NCBI GenBank assembly: GCA_043798915.1
Contig: JAZDOG010000053.1
Coordinates: 1-29,835, forward strand
Reading direction: 5' to 3'
DNA: 29,835 nt
From: Pseudomonadota bacterium
GTDB taxonomy: Bacteria > UBA10199 > 2-02-FULL-44-16 > JAAZCA01
The notes under the pieces are model-generated. The model saw only the letters and a program-made list of their open reading frames with translations, ran no database searches and had not been told where the DNA came from. This document shows positions 7,943-17,269 of this stretch, piece by piece. Position 1 is the first letter of the stretch, and the number at the start of each line of letters is the position of its first letter. A program made the position numbers and the translations under genes.

Positions 7943-9055
7943 ATGGCAGACCTGTCCGGACGCATCTTTTTGCTCGCGCTTCAGCATATCTTCTTCAGCA
8001 ATCCTAAAGTCGGCTGCGAAATTTTAAAGATTGCCGGCTCGACCGAGGCCGCCTTCGGCGGCGACCGCAATCGTTTCCGCGCCTGTTTCGGAAGGGAGGA
8101 GGCGCTCTTCGGGAGATTCCTCTCCTTCTGCGACTGGCCATCTGTAGAGAAGGAGAGCGAAAAAGCGGCAAAGCTGGGGATCGATGTCATCGGGATCGAC
8201 GACGAGGCCTATCCGCCCCTTCTTCGCGAGATATACGACCCGCCCGTCGTCCTTTATGCCAGGGGAAATGGCAAAGAGCTGCTGGATATGCCCGCGGTCG
8301 CGATTGTCGGATCGAGGAAGGCGAGCGCAAACAGCCTGAGGATTGCGGCGTCGATAGCGACGTGCCTTTCGGAGCGCGGTGTGGTCGTCGTCAGCGGGAT
8401 GGCGCTGGGGCTCGACTCGGCGGCCCACGCGGGCGCGCTCCAGGGCTGCACCGGGACGATCGCCGTCATGGGATGCGGACCGGACATCCTGTATCCGCCG
8501 ACCAACTGCGACTTGTCGCGCCGGATCGCGGACTCCGGGCTGATCATCTCCGAATTTCCGCTTGGCACGAGCCCGCGCCTTCACCACTTTCCGCAGCGCA
8601 ACCGGATCATCAGCGGCATGTGCATCGCTGCGATCATCGTCGAGGCTGCCGAAAGAAGCGGGAGCCTCATCACTGCGCGCCTGGCGCTCGAACAGGGGCG
8701 CGAGGTCATGGCGTGTCCAGGCCTCGCCGGTTTGCCGCAGTTTCGCGGAAACAATCGCCTAATCAGGGAGGGGGCGGCCCTGGTCGAGAGCGGGGAGGAT
8801 GTGCTGGAGATCCTCGCCGCACGGCTTCCGGCGGTCTCCATTCCCGAAACCGCTGGACATTTGGAGGTCGATGGGGATATGCACTCCGCACTTTTGCTTG
8901 CCATCGAGTCGCGCGGCGAGGCGTCGGTCGACGAGATAGTCGCCGATACCGGGATGGAGACGCGGCTGATACTCGAAGATATCACGCGGCTGGCCATCAG
9001 CGGCCTCGTGATCGAAAAGCCAGGGCGCAGGTTCTCTATAAACGTGAGGAGATGA
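7943..9055 (+). CDS. dprA: DNA-processing protein DprA
   Basis: YPPLLREIYDPP, AIVGSR, VSGMALGLDSAAH, FPQRNRIISG, SGSLITA; C-terminal winged-helix-like region. Confidence 0.95.
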   Translation: MADLSGRIFLLALQHIFFSNPKVGCEILKIAGSTEAAFGGDRNRFRACFGREEALFGRFLSFCDWPSVEKESEKAAKLGIDVIGIDDEAYPPLLREIYDPPVVLYARGNGKELLDMPAVAIVGSRKASANSLRIAASIATCLSERGVVVVSGMALGLDSAAHAGALQGCTGTIAVMGCGPDILYPPTNCDLSRRIADSGLIISEFPLGTSPRLHHFPQRNRIISGMCIAAIIVEAAERSGSLITARLALEQGREVMACPGLAGLPQFRGNNRLIREGAALVESGEDVLEILAARLPAVSIPETAGHLEVDGDMHSALLLAIESRGEASVDEIVADTGMETRLILEDITRLAISGLVIEKPGRRFSINVRR

Positions 9056-9057
9056 AG

Positions 9058-11358
9058 ATGGAAAAATCCCTCGTGATCGTTGAATCGCCGGCGAAGGCCA
9101 AGACCATCAAGAAATACCTGGGCAAGGGATTCTCCGTCCTTGCCTCTGTCGGGCATATAATGGACCTGCCGCTGCGCGAACTCGGTGTGGACGTGGAGAA
9201 TGATTTCTCGCCGAAGTACGTCGTCATCCGCGGCAAGGCCAGGGTCTTGAAGCAGATCACCGACGCGGCGGCAAAATCCGATCACGTCTATCTCGCGCCC
9301 GATCCAGATCGCGAGGGCGAGGCGATCGCATGGCACATTGCCGAGCAGATCCGCAAATCCACGAAAGCAGCGGCAAAGAAGAAGGGCGCCGCCGGCAAGG
9401 CAGGCGGCGGCCAGCCGGAGCTCCATCGCGCGCTCTTCAACGAGATTACGGCGGCGGCGGTCAAGGCGGCGATAGCCGCGCCTGGCGATCTGGATCGCAA
9501 GCTCTTCGAGGCGCAGCAGGCCAGAAGGATACTCGACAGGCTGGTGGGCTACAAGATATCCCCGATCCTGTGGGAGAAGGTCCGCCGCGGTCTCTCCGCC
9601 GGCAGGGTGCAATCTGTCGCGGTGCGCATTGTTTGCGAGCGCGAGAGGGAGATCGAGGCATTCGTCGCAAGAGAGTATTGGTCCGTTGTCGCAAATCTGG
9701 AGGGGAGCCTTCCTCCGCCTTTCGAGGCGAAGCTGCTCAAGATCGCTGGCAAGGATGCCGAGCTCGCGACAGGCGACGCCGCAAAGGGCGTGGTTGCCGA
9801 GCTCAAGCGGGAGAAATTCCTCCTCTCGTCGGTCAGGAAGAGCGAGCGCAGACGCAAGCCCACGCCGCCGTTCATCACCTCGAAGATCCAGCAGGATGCG
9901 GCGCGAAAGCTGGGCTACACGGCCAAGCGCACGATGGCGCTCGCGCAGATGCTCTATGAAGGCGTGGAGATCGGCGACGAGGGCTCGGTGGGCCTCATCA
10001 CATATATGAGGACCGATTCCGTGCGCGTCTCGGATGGCGCGATCGAAGCGGTGCGCGAATACATAGCGAAGAAATACGGCAAGGAGTCGCTGCCCGAGAG
10101 CCCAATCCGCTACCAGGGCAGGAAGGGGGCGCAGGACGCGCATGAGGCGATCCGGCCGACATCGCTCGACTATCCTCCAGAGGCCGTAGAGAAATATCTC
10201 GATCCCGACGCATTCCGCCTCTATGATCTCATCTGGAAGCGCTTCGTCGCCTCGCAGATGAATCCGGCCGTCTACGACCAGACCGCGTTCGACATCGAGG
10301 CGGGCCGCTATCTGTTTCGCGCCACAGGGCAGGTGCTCAGGTTCCCGGGTTTCATGGCGGTCTATCTCGAGGGCGAGGACGAGGTGTCGGAGAAGGACGA
10401 GGAGGAGAATCCGACGCTGCCTGATATCAAAGAGGGTGAGATCCTCAAGTCGCATGGCATCGAGCCGAACCAGCACTTCACGCAGCCCCCCCCGCGTTTC
10501 ACCGAGGCCACGCTCGTGAAGGAGCTGGAGGAGAAGGGGATCGGGCGGCCCTCCACATACGCCGCCATTATGAGCACGATCCAGGACAAGGGCTACGTCC
10601 GCAAGATCGAAAAGCGCTTCCGCCCGGCCGAGCTGGGCCTTCTGGTCAACGACCTGCTCGTCACCAGCTTCCCTGAGATACTCGACGTCGGCTTCACGGC
10701 ACAGATGGAGAGCGAGTTGGACGATGTCGAGGATGGAAAGCGCGGCTGGGTCGAGGCGCTCAAGGGTTTCTACGGGCCGTTCGACAAGGCGCTTGCGCAG
10801 GCAAAGCACAGGATGAGGGATGTGAAGCGCCAGCAGATGGCGACCGACATCGCGTGCGAGAAGTGCGGGAAACCAATGGTCATAAAATGGGGGCGGCACG
10901 GCGAGTTTCTTGCGTGCTCGGCCTATCCTGACTGCCGCAGTACGAAGGAGTTCATCCGCACCGACGAGGGCGAGGTGAAGGCGCAGGAGGCCCCGACGAC
11001 CGACGAGAAGTGCGAAAAGTGCGGCAGCCCGATGGCAGTCAAGCGCGGCCGGTTCGGGCCCTTCCTGGCGTGCACCAACTACCCGACATGCAAGACCACC
11101 CGCTCGATCGGCACCGGCATCGCCTGCCCTGAGTGCGAAAAGGGCAAGCTCGTCCAGAAGAGCTCGCGCCACGGCCGCGTTTTCTATGGCTGCGACCAAT
11201 ATCCCAAATGCAAATGCGCCCTGTGGGACAGGCCCGTTGCCGGCCCGTGCCCCAAGTGCGGGAACCCCATCCTTGTCGAGAAATATTCGAAGAAGACCGG
11301 CGAGACGAGCGTCGCGTGCCCCAAAAAGGAATGTGACTACAAAAAGATGTCCGAGTAG
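9058..11358 (+). CDS. topA: DNA topoisomerase I with four C-terminal zinc ribbons
   Basis: LVIVESPAKAKTI, DPDREGEAIA, SAGRVQS, LITYMRTDS, GIGRPSTY; GAGGAG RBS before ATG 9058. Confidence 0.97.
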   Translation: MEKSLVIVESPAKAKTIKKYLGKGFSVLASVGHIMDLPLRELGVDVENDFSPKYVVIRGKARVLKQITDAAAKSDHVYLAPDPDREGEAIAWHIAEQIRKSTKAAAKKKGAAGKAGGGQPELHRALFNEITAAAVKAAIAAPGDLDRKLFEAQQARRILDRLVGYKISPILWEKVRRGLSAGRVQSVAVRIVCEREREIEAFVAREYWSVVANLEGSLPPPFEAKLLKIAGKDAELATGDAAKGVVAELKREKFLLSSVRKSERRRKPTPPFITSKIQQDAARKLGYTAKRTMALAQMLYEGVEIGDEGSVGLITYMRTDSVRVSDGAIEAVREYIAKKYGKESLPESPIRYQGRKGAQDAHEAIRPTSLDYPPEAVEKYLDPDAFRLYDLIWKRFVASQMNPAVYDQTAFDIEAGRYLFRATGQVLRFPGFMAVYLEGEDEVSEKDEEENPTLPDIKEGEILKSHGIEPNQHFTQPPPRFTEATLVKELEEKGIGRPSTYAAIMSTIQDKGYVRKIEKRFRPAELGLLVNDLLVTSFPEILDVGFTAQMESELDDVEDGKRGWVEALKGFYGPFDKALAQAKHRMRDVKRQQMATDIACEKCGKPMVIKWGRHGEFLACSAYPDCRSTKEFIRTDEGEVKAQEAPTTDEKCEKCGSPMAVKRGRFGPFLACTNYPTCKTTRSIGTGIACPECEKGKLVQKSSRHGRVFYGCDQYPKCKCALWDRPVAGPCPKCGNPILVEKYSKKTGETSVACPKKECDYKKMSE

Positions 11359-11359
11359 G

Positions 11360-12040
11360 CTAGAGTTTCACGATTTTGATCGATTTGACGCTCTTGAAAT
11401 CACCCGGGCTGGCCAGCTTGATTTCAAATGCGAGGTCGTCGTCGAGTTCGCCGTCGGTGGCTTGAAACTTGATCGGTTTGTCATCGCTCAGCTCATTCCC
11501 ATCTTTTCCCTTCACTGAATAACGCATGCGGAAACGACCGCCGCCGATATCTTCAATGGTGTATTTAAGGACGATTGGAGTGCCTCTCGGTTCCCCGTCG
11601 ACGCTGGCGGTAAGCATCCCTTCGAACTTCTTCTGTCCGCCGACCTCTGGATGAAAGCCAGCCTCCTCAAATCGCACGGTGATCGGTTTTTGCAGATTGG
11701 GTTCATCGTCGATCTTTCGCTCGATCTTGTGTTCAACCAAGCGGCCGATTTTCCGATGGGGCCGGTTTTCCCTGGCCCCGAACGTCCGAGGGGCAAGGAA
11801 GCTCAGGCTCAAACATGAGCGGAGGCTGGCCGTGTTCATTCCCCTTCCGCCGGACAGCTTCAGCATCAAAGGCGTCTTCCCGGCACTATATTGGTCGACA
11901 CAGCTGCCGATATTTTCCAGACAATCGGCCTTCTGGTTCCCGGAAAGCTCGTCGCACGACGCAAATGACTTCATGCATGCGCCGGCATCACCCGCATCCG
12001 TAAGCTTGCCGCAAATTTTTGTGTTTCCTCCGCTTTGCAT
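11360..12040 (-). CDS. Modular hypothetical protein: Cys-rich N-terminal module + unknown beta-rich C-terminal domain
   Basis: First 90 aa are 75/90 identical to those of 5858-7369; RBS GGAGGTTTA before ATG 12040. Confidence 0.8.
   Translation of the reverse strand: MQSGGNTKICGKLTDAGDAGACMKSFASCDELSGNQKADCLENIGSCVDQYSAGKTPLMLKLSGGRGMNTASLRSCLSLSFLAPRTFGARENRPHRKIGRLVEHKIERKIDDEPNLQKPITVRFEEAGFHPEVGGQKKFEGMLTASVDGEPRGTPIVLKYTIEDIGGGRFRMRYSVKGKDGNELSDDKPIKFQATDGELDDDLAFEIKLASPGDFKSVKSIKIVKL
11771..12040 (-). repeat. 270-bp dispersed direct repeat, copy 2
   Basis: Aligns without gaps to 7100-7369; similarity ends abruptly after the codons for APRTFGAR. Confidence 0.93.
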
Positions 12041-12062
12041 AGCCCTTAAACCTCCATTCCTC

Positions 12063-12089
12063 TTATCGTCAATAAGCCCAAAAAGTTGC
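12063..12089 (-). promoter_or_regulatory. Putative alternative-sigma promoter, copy 2
   Basis: Minus strand GCAAC-TTTTTGGGCTTATT-GACGATAA. Confidence 0.65.
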
Positions 12090-12169
12090 GTCCTTTTCAA
12101 CGGACGGCGCGTCATTTTTTATGGCGCAGTGCGGCTGGCGGCCCCCCTTAAAAAAACATAAAAAATCAC

Positions 12170-12196
12170 GCAACATTTTGGCGGATATGCCGAAAA
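12170..12196 (+). promoter_or_regulatory. Putative alternative-sigma promoter, copy 3
   Basis: Plus strand GCAAC-ATTTTGGCGGATAT-GCCGAAAA, 8 nt before ATG 12205. Confidence 0.55.
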
Positions 12197-12204
12197 GGGG
12201 ATTG

Positions 12205-13260
12205 ATGAGAGAATATCATTATAGTGAGGGGGAGCCAGGGGGCGTATCGGCCTTCTGGGGGCGTTATTTTGCCATCCTGATGCTGTTTGCGCTTGTTGCC
12301 TGCCGGCCCGTGACAGCCTGGGCCGCCGATAGCAACCCGGCGGGCAATTCTGGTGCACCGGCTGGCGATGCGGGCACGCAGGATGCAGTCTGTCCTGGCG
12401 ACAGCGATTGCGACGGTGTCCCCGATGATGTCGAAATAAGGATTGGAACGGATCCCCATAAATGCGACACGGACGGCGACGGGTTCTCCGACGGAGTCGA
12501 ACTGGGGTACATCCAGCCGAAGGTTATCAACGGTTGTCACGGCCTGACGGCAGCCGGGACAAATTACCGCTATCCGCACAGGATGGATCCTCTCAATCCC
12601 GATTCGGACGGCGACGGCTTGTGCGATGGCCCGGGGAGCGATGAGATTAAGGGAAAATGCGTTGGCGGCGAGGACAAGAACGGAAATGGCTGGGTGGACG
12701 CGGACGAGACGGATCCGTCCGATCCCGACACCGATGGCGACGGGCTCGATGATTATGTGGAGACGACCGGAGATTTCGATCATGACGGCCTCCCCGATTT
12801 CGACTACCGGCTGGTCAACAACGGTCCGAAATGCAATCCGCCAAAGGGCATGGACGACCTCGACTGCGACGCAATTCCAAATGCCGGGGACCTCGACTCC
12901 GACAACGACGGATGCCCCGACAAGGATGAGGGCGGATGGCTGGACAAGAACAACAACGGCATTCCGGATGTGTACGACGCAGCAGCCAAATCATGTCCTG
13001 AACCTGCCTCTGCCTCCTCATCGTCTTCGACCGGCGGGGCGACCTCCGGTTCAAAGAAGGATGGGGACACCCAAAGCGGGGATTCAGGGCAGTCGCTCTT
13101 TTCTCCAGACGGAACCGATGGCGGTGCCTGCGTTCTCATCCGTGGCCAGGGCGTCCAGGCGGAAACACCTGTCGGCCTTGCTGAAATTATCTTCGGCTTT
13201 TTCGCTGCCCTCCTTGGCTTCCTTGCTGCAGCTCGATTTGCCAGATTCCGGTCCCTGTAA
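12205..13260 (+). CDS. Exported thrombospondin type 3-like (DxDxDG) Ca-binding repeat protein with C-terminal sorting/TM anchor
   Basis: Signal peptide ending AWA-A; about nine DxDxDG-like repeats; Ser/Gly linker; GGAC + hydrophobic helix + basic tail; start uncertain. Confidence 0.78.
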   Translation: MREYHYSEGEPGGVSAFWGRYFAILMLFALVACRPVTAWAADSNPAGNSGAPAGDAGTQDAVCPGDSDCDGVPDDVEIRIGTDPHKCDTDGDGFSDGVELGYIQPKVINGCHGLTAAGTNYRYPHRMDPLNPDSDGDGLCDGPGSDEIKGKCVGGEDKNGNGWVDADETDPSDPDTDGDGLDDYVETTGDFDHDGLPDFDYRLVNNGPKCNPPKGMDDLDCDAIPNAGDLDSDNDGCPDKDEGGWLDKNNNGIPDVYDAAAKSCPEPASASSSSSTGGATSGSKKDGDTQSGDSGQSLFSPDGTDGGACVLIRGQGVQAETPVGLAEIIFGFFAALLGFLAAARFARFRSL

Positions 13261-13377
13261 AAACCCGCCTTGTTTTATACGACTGAATTCTATTGATTTT
13301 TTTCTTTAACCCTCTAAAATCCCTCCACTTTGGTTTAAACTGTGGTTCGTTTTTCCATCCGGGGGGAGGGAACAGCG

Positions 13378-14280
13378 ATGAGCCTCATAGAGATGTTTTC
13401 GTCGTATCTTCGCCATGAGCGAAGGGCGTCGCACAACACCGAGAAGAATTACCTCGTCGACCTGACGCAGTTCTTCAGATTTCTTGAGAAATCCATGCCG
13501 GGCATCAGCTCGGACGGGGCGGAGCGCATCGGCAAGGTGGATGTGGAGATGGTGCGCGAGTACCTGGGGCAGATGTTTGGCCGCCACACGCCGGCCTCGA
13601 TGGCCCGAAAGATAGCCACGTTGAGGACGTTCTTTCAGTACTGCATCAGGCAGGGGCTTATCGCCTCCAATCCGGCGAAGGAGGTGGCCACGCCCAAGGT
13701 GCCAAAAAGGCTGCCCAGGTTCCTCACTGTCGACGAAGTCTTCGCGCTCCTCGATTCTCCGTCTGGTGAGGATATCCTCGGGACCAGGGACAGGGCGATC
13801 ATGGAGCTCCTCTATGCATCCGGGCTCAGGGTTGGCGAACTCGTGGGGCTTGGCCTGGAAGATATCGATTCCCAGGCCAAGACCGTGCGGGTCCTCGGCA
13901 AGGGGCGGAAGGAACGGATAGTGCCGATGGGCGACAAGGCGATCGCGGCGATTTTGAGGTATCTCGAGGCGAGGCCGACCCTCGTTCCGGATGCCTCACG
14001 CGAGAAGGCTCTCTTTTTGAACCGCCAGGGCGGCCGCCTCTCTGCGCGCTCGGTCGAGCGGTCGATCACCAAATACATTAAACGATGCGGGATACAGAAG
14101 GTGGTCACGCCCCATGTGCTTCGCCACACGTTTGCCACGCACCTGCTCGGGGCCGGGGCGGACATGCGGGGGATACAGGAGCTCCTGGGCCACGCGAGTC
14201 TCTCCACCACGCAGAAATACACGCACGTCGGCATCGAAAATATGATGCAGGCCTACGACAAGGCTCATCCTAAGGCCTAG
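13378..14280 (+). CDS. xerC: Tyrosine recombinase XerC
   Basis: RDRAIMELLYASGLRVGEL, GKGRKERIVP, HVLRHTFATHLL, LLGHASLSTTQKYTH; lies upstream of hslVU. Confidence 0.9.
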   Translation: MSLIEMFSSYLRHERRASHNTEKNYLVDLTQFFRFLEKSMPGISSDGAERIGKVDVEMVREYLGQMFGRHTPASMARKIATLRTFFQYCIRQGLIASNPAKEVATPKVPKRLPRFLTVDEVFALLDSPSGEDILGTRDRAIMELLYASGLRVGELVGLGLEDIDSQAKTVRVLGKGRKERIVPMGDKAIAAILRYLEARPTLVPDASREKALFLNRQGGRLSARSVERSITKYIKRCGIQKVVTPHVLRHTFATHLLGAGADMRGIQELLGHASLSTTQKYTHVGIENMMQAYDKAHPKA

Positions 14281-14310
14281 ATTTTGAATCGAAAGGGATT
14301 TGAAAAAGCT

Positions 14311-14841
14311 ATGTTCAATGCCACGACAATTCTGTGTGTGAGGCGGGAGGGCAAGGTCGCCATAGCCGGCGACGGGCAGGTGAGCTTCGGCGCCACCATA
14401 ATGAAGCACGGGGCCTCCAAGATCCGCACGATGCTTGACGGCAAGGTCATCGCGGGTTTCGCCGGTTCCAGCGCCGACGCCTTCACGCTCTTCGAGCGCT
14501 TCGAAGGGAAGCTCTCCGAGTACCGCGGCAACATCACGCGGGCGGCGGTCGAGCTCGCCAAGGACTGGCGCACAGACCGGATCCTCAGAAAGCTCGAGGC
14601 GATGATGATCGTCGCCGACCGTGATAAGACCTTCACAATCTCAGGCACCGGCGACGTGCTGGAGCCGGACGACGACGTCGCCGCCATAGGCTCCGGCGGC
14701 CCGTACGCCCTCGCGGCCGCGCGCGCGCTTCTCAAACACTCCAGGCTCAGCGCAAAACAGATAGTCGAGGAGGCGATGAAGCTTGCGTCAGAGATATGCA
14801 TCTATACGAATGACAACATCAAGACAGAGGAATTGAAGTGA
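14311..14841 (+). CDS. hslV: ATP-dependent protease subunit HslV
   Basis: [40 protein letters not shown]. Confidence 0.97.
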   Translation: MFNATTILCVRREGKVAIAGDGQVSFGATIMKHGASKIRTMLDGKVIAGFAGSSADAFTLFERFEGKLSEYRGNITRAAVELAKDWRTDRILRKLEAMMIVADRDKTFTISGTGDVLEPDDDVAAIGSGGPYALAAARALLKHSRLSAKQIVEEAMKLASEICIYTNDNIKTEELK

Positions 14842-14853
14842 GCCGCTGCTGAT

Positions 14854-16230
14854 ATGTCCGAATCTAATTTCACACCCAGGGAGATCGTCTCCGAGCTCGA
14901 CCGCTTCATCATCGGCCAGGCCAAGGCCAAGCGCGCGGTCGCCATCGCGCTGCGCAACCGGTGGCGCCGCCGACAGGTTTCAGGCGAGTTGAAGGACGAG
15001 ATCGTTCCCAAGAACATAATCATGATAGGGCCGACCGGCGTCGGCAAGACGGAGATAGCGAGGCGCCTGGCGAGGCTAGCCCAGGCCCCGTTCATCAAGG
15101 TCGAGGCCTCGAAGTTCACTGAGGTCGGCTACGTCGGCAAGGACGTCGAGTCGATGATCCGCGAACTCACCGAGATTGCCATCAAGATGGTGCGCGAGGA
15201 AGAGACAGCGCGCGTCAGGGCGCGCGCGCAGGATCTGGCCGAGGAGAAGCTCCTGGATATGCTCCTGCCCGGTTCCGAGCCTGTCGAGGCCGCCCAACCT
15301 GCAGAGGGTGAGGGTGCGAAGGAGGCCGAGGAGAAGAAGCGAGCCACGCGCGATAAGCTCAGGAAGCTTTTGCGCGACGGGAAGCTCTCCGAGAGGCAAG
15401 TGGAGATCCAGGCAGAGCGCCGCACAGCGATGCCCTCGATCGAGGTCGTGGCTGCCACAAGCCTGGACGAGATGAGCTCAAACCTCCGCGACATGTTCTC
15501 CGGAATAATGGGGCCCTCCAGGAAAAACCGGAAGATGAAGGTGCCGGAGGCGCTCGAATTCCTCGCGGGCGAAGAGGCCTCGCGCCTCATCGACATGGAT
15601 GCGGTCACGCGCCAGGCGGTCGAACGCGTGGAGCAGAACGGCATCGTATTCCTGGACGAGATCGACAAGGTGGCGAGCCCGCGCGGCGAGGGCCGTGGTT
15701 ATGGCCCCGATGTTTCGCGCGAAGGTGTGCAGCGCGACATTCTTCCGATAGTCGAAGGATCGACCGTCACGACCAAATACGGCGTCGTGCGGACCGACCA
15801 CATCCTCTTCATCGCGGCCGGCGCATTTCATGTCTCCAAGCCCTCGGATCTGATCCCGGAGCTGCAGGGCAGGTTTCCCATCCGCGTCGAGCTCGACTCG
15901 CTCGGCAAGGAGGAATTCTTCAGGATCCTCACGGAGCCCGACAACTCGCTCATCAAGCAGTACAAGGCGATGCTCTCCACGGAGGGCGTGGCGCTGGAGT
16001 TCAAAACGGAGGCGCTCAAGGAGGTCTCTGAGATTGCGGCGGAGGTCAACTCGCAGATGGAGGACATCGGCGCCCGCAGGCTGCATACGGTGATGGAGAA
16101 ACTCCTCGAGGAGGTCTCCTTCGTTGCCCCTGAGATGGAGCGAGAAAAGGTCGTCGTCGACAAGGCGTATGTGGTGAAACACCTCTCCGATATAGTGAAG
16201 GACAAGGATTTGAGAAGGTATATCCTTTAA
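14854..16230 (+). CDS. hslU: ATP-dependent protease ATPase subunit HslU
   Basis: [54 protein letters not shown]. Confidence 0.98.
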   Translation: MSESNFTPREIVSELDRFIIGQAKAKRAVAIALRNRWRRRQVSGELKDEIVPKNIIMIGPTGVGKTEIARRLARLAQAPFIKVEASKFTEVGYVGKDVESMIRELTEIAIKMVREEETARVRARAQDLAEEKLLDMLLPGSEPVEAAQPAEGEGAKEAEEKKRATRDKLRKLLRDGKLSERQVEIQAERRTAMPSIEVVAATSLDEMSSNLRDMFSGIMGPSRKNRKMKVPEALEFLAGEEASRLIDMDAVTRQAVERVEQNGIVFLDEIDKVASPRGEGRGYGPDVSREGVQRDILPIVEGSTVTTKYGVVRTDHILFIAAGAFHVSKPSDLIPELQGRFPIRVELDSLGKEEFFRILTEPDNSLIKQYKAMLSTEGVALEFKTEALKEVSEIAAEVNSQMEDIGARRLHTVMEKLLEEVSFVAPEMEREKVVVDKAYVVKHLSDIVKDKDLRRYIL

Positions 16231-16245
16231 AATGACGGAGGAAAT

Positions 16246-17160
16246 ATGGTTAAACATCTGCTCACGGATTTTGATCTCAAGGCCGACGAGATCGAGGATC
16301 TCTTCGAGCGCAGCGCCTGGCTCAAGAGGCGGCAGAAGGAGGGCAAGAAGCACCGGCCGCTCGACGGGAAGACGCTGGGGATGGTCTTCGAGAAATCGTC
16401 GACGCGCACGCGCGTGTCGTTCGAGGTCGGCATGTTCCAGCTCGGCGGCCATGCGCTGAACATCACGACGCAGGCCTCGCAGCTCGGCCGCGGCGAGACC
16501 TACGAGGACACGGCCCGCGTGCTCTCGCGCTACGTCGACTGCATAATGATGCGCACGTTCGAGCAGTCGCGGATTGAGCGCATGGCGGCAGGCTCAGCGG
16601 TGCCTGTGATAAACGGGCTTTCGGACCTCGTGCATCCCTGCCAGCTGCTCACCGACATGTTCACCGTGGTCGAGAGCAAGGGTTCCATCGGTCGCATGAA
16701 GATCGCCTATGTCGGCGACGGCAACAACATGGCCAACAGCTGGATCAACACGGCCATCATAATGGGCTTTGAGCTCCGGCTCGGCATCCCCGCCGGCTAC
16801 GATCCGGCCGCGATGATCCTCGACAAGATTCGCAAGGGCGGCTGCCCGAATATCAAACTCCTGCACGACGCGCGCGAGGCTGTGTCCGGCGCCGACGTAG
16901 TGAACACCGACACGTGGGTCAGCATGGGGCAGGAGGGGGAGGGCGAGGCCGCAAAGAAGAACGCCTTCGCGCCGTTCCAGGTGAACGCGGATCTCATGTC
17001 GCATGCGGCGCGCGATGCGATCGTGCTGCATTGCCTGCCTGCGCACCGGGGCGACGAGATCACCGACGATGTCATGGACGGGCCTGCCTCGCGCATCTTC
17101 GATCAGGCGGAGAACCGCCTCCACGTTCAGAAGGCGATACTCGAAAAATTCCTGGGGTAG
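16246..17160 (+). CDS. argF: Ornithine carbamoyltransferase
   Basis: SSTRTRVSFE, HPCQ, GDGNNMANS, TDTWVSMG, HCLPAHRG, AENRLH. Confidence 0.96.
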   Translation: MVKHLLTDFDLKADEIEDLFERSAWLKRRQKEGKKHRPLDGKTLGMVFEKSSTRTRVSFEVGMFQLGGHALNITTQASQLGRGETYEDTARVLSRYVDCIMMRTFEQSRIERMAAGSAVPVINGLSDLVHPCQLLTDMFTVVESKGSIGRMKIAYVGDGNNMANSWINTAIIMGFELRLGIPAGYDPAAMILDKIRKGGCPNIKLLHDAREAVSGADVVNTDTWVSMGQEGEGEAAKKNAFAPFQVNADLMSHAARDAIVLHCLPAHRGDEITDDVMDGPASRIFDQAENRLHVQKAILEKFLG

Positions 17161-17167
17161 ATAAAAT

Positions 17168-17257
17168 CCTCCCCTTTGTAAGGGGAGGGTAGGGTGGGGT
17201 AGATCATGAATTCAATGCTGATCTACCTCCCCTTGCCCCTCCTTACAAAGGAGGGGG
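17168..17257. repeat. Palindromic REP-doublet element, copy 2
   Basis: Arms nearly identical to 3600-3690 with a different central spacer; fills most of the argF-purA intergenic region. Confidence 0.9.
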
Positions 17258-17269
17258 ATGGAGCCAACA

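Noticed and set aside
8362..9057. 998-aa ORF suggesting a 230-aa N-terminal extension of TopA
   Set aside because: It overlaps dprA in another frame; TopA motifs begin at MEKSLVIVES, with an RBS before 9058.
8581..11199. 872-aa antisense ORF, and similar ones such as 201-1415, 15478-16452 and 21402-22262
   Set aside because: These are shadow ORFs opposite well-conserved genes, expected in GC-rich DNA, with no recognisable motifs.
7100..12040. 270-bp direct repeats as the ends of a composite mobile element carrying ihfB-dprA-topA
   Set aside because: The repeats are diverged coding 5' ends and the enclosed genes are core housekeeping genes; no transposase or target duplication is present.
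13378..14280. Tyrosine recombinase as a prophage or island integrase
   Set aside because: Its size, motifs and position before hslVU fit chromosomal XerC; no dif-like site was recognised in the window.
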